Made by a program: the position numbers and the translations under genes. Positions 62,400-64,000 of a stretch of DNA of 64,000 bases are shown in pieces (positions within the stretch are counted from its first letter, which is position 1; each line of letters starts with the position of its first letter). Below the pieces are notes generated by a model. It worked only from the letters and a program-made list of their open reading frames with translations. It had not been told where the DNA came from and ran no database searches. The stretch is taken from positions 47,308,001 through 47,372,000 of the forward strand of contig NW_024704743.1 of the NCBI RefSeq assembly GCF_018977255.1, given 5' to 3'. Origin of the DNA: Callorhinchus milii (taxonomy: Eukaryota).

Positions 62400-64000
62400 G
62401 ATGATTGCCAAAGTGCTGGAGGCACCTCAGGGTAGAACTAAAAAAGGAAGCCCACGACAAAAAGTAATTGAATTAAATTATAAAAAAGTACATTGTGAAA
62501 GCAATAACATTTTCCTCAATCTAATTTGAATTTGGGTTTGAAGTGCTGAACTGCTCTCTTGAAATGGCTTAATGGAAAGTCAAAACCTACCCCATCCCAG
62601 CCTGATACTACAGATCCTTACCAGAGTTCAATGGTCGTCATTTCATTTTAAGGCTATCACACATACCCTTCAAATCTCACAATTACTTAAAGTTACACAG
62701 AGTGATACAGCATGGAACTAGACTAGACCATGTACCCTACACAAACCCCCACCCCTCCTATTCCTCACACCTATACCCCTCTATTGTGCACCATGTTTTC
62801 TCTTAAATGCACCGATCCTTCTTGCATTAATCACAGTTTCCAGCAATGAGTTACACATTCACACCATCCAGATGATTAAAATAATTGTACCTAAACCAGA
62901 TTTAAATAGATCAGAGCTGGGTGTGACAAACAATTGGAATTAATAACAATTTGTATGTTTTGGGATGGTGGAGTATATTAATTGTGAGTTGATGGAAGAA
63001 TTGTGAGTACTGTGTGTGTAAACGTGTGCATGTTTTACATAAGTTCTGTAAAGCATGAACTAACTGTGTAAATGTTTTTGTACAGGGGAATTCTCGTAAC
63101 TATGTAATTAAAAACAAATAAATGGATGAATGTAATTTGAATGAATTCCTTTACATTGGTTAATTACACATGAAGCCCGCCTGTAATTCCTTCTGTACAT
63201 CTGTATTTAGATATGGTGCACATAACGTGTTTTATATACATGGGTTCATACATGACTTACTCATGGTTTACACAACTCACAAATCCTATCCCATACCTAA
63301 CACCTAACTTGTACTAGGGTTGCACATAAATGTTTTAAGTTGTTAACATAAGTAGTGCTATTTAAATGTAAGTTGTTGCATAAGTATGTAAAAGCACAAG
63401 TATTCTACAATATATTCAACCACATGGACCGAATGCTTTGGTGATGGCATTGTAAGGGTGCTTTTATCATATAAATATATTGTATTTTAGTGGTTGTGTG
63501 TCCAATATTGATATTTTGGTCCATGTACATTTTATTCAAGAAAATCCATTATCTTGACAAATGAGTAATGAACTAATGCAAGCCAACTGAAATATGATCC
63601 CTAACAGTCATAGCATTATTACTGATATACCTCCGTTATTACTAATGGTGTTGTCTGCATGTTCAGTGCACTAGCATTCTTTGATAAATCCCTCTTATGC
63701 TGGAGTCACAATGAAAAGGCATGCTTACAGATACGGGAGGTTAGCAGATGCTGTGAATGGTGCTGATAATAATGAACGTTCTAATCAAAATATAGTGAGT
63801 GTCTGATCAGCAGTTTATAATTTGGATAGATTTCAAAGTCATGCGCTGCAGATTGCATTTTAAGATTTATTGCTTTGCTCCTGCATTCCTGCTCTGTACA
63901 CCATGGTGGTGTGGGGGGAGGGGGGGTGGTTGTGAGAGGGGGGCCAGATGGAGAAGGCGATGGTGATGCTTTTACAAGTTGTGAAAAATAGTTCAAAGCA

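Noticed and set aside
52303..64000. Preceding CREB5 exon (expected to end ..HSEAKM)
   Set aside because: Not found by eye or in the ORF track; probably beyond the window.
1..64000. CRISPR arrays, operons, intact autonomous transposons
   Set aside because: Eukaryotic DNA with no repeat-spacer arrays; all RT fragments are truncated or frameshifted, and no intact transposase ORF is present.

Overview
Vertebrate genomic DNA. The repeat landscape (L2 LINEs, a tRNA-Ala-headed SINE with (ATT)n tails, Deu-domain SINEs, CR1 relics) suggests a cartilaginous fish, probably a chimaera; this is inference. The only protein-coding gene I can support is the 3' part of CREB5 (ATF2/ATF7/CREB5 bZIP family) on the minus strand. 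It has four coding exons with canonical GT-AG boundaries (52302-51988, 49733-49506, 47722-47614, 46337-46174), encoding the His-rich region, bZIP and C-terminus, and a probable ~7.3 kb 3' UTR ending near 38820. Upstream exons lie beyond the window. The rest is intron/intergenic DNA dense in TE fragments, and most listed ORFs are L2/SINE or microsatellite artefacts. I see no convincing novel multi-gene system. The most unusual items are structural: two hAT-type MITEs at the same site of two Deu-SINE copies, a perfect 87-nt palindrome made from a SINE stem-loop, a pre-miRNA-like hairpin, six miR-17-family seed sites in the CREB5 UTR, and 60- and 95-bp direct duplications. Repeat boundaries were read by eye and are approximate; exon boundaries were checked base by base.
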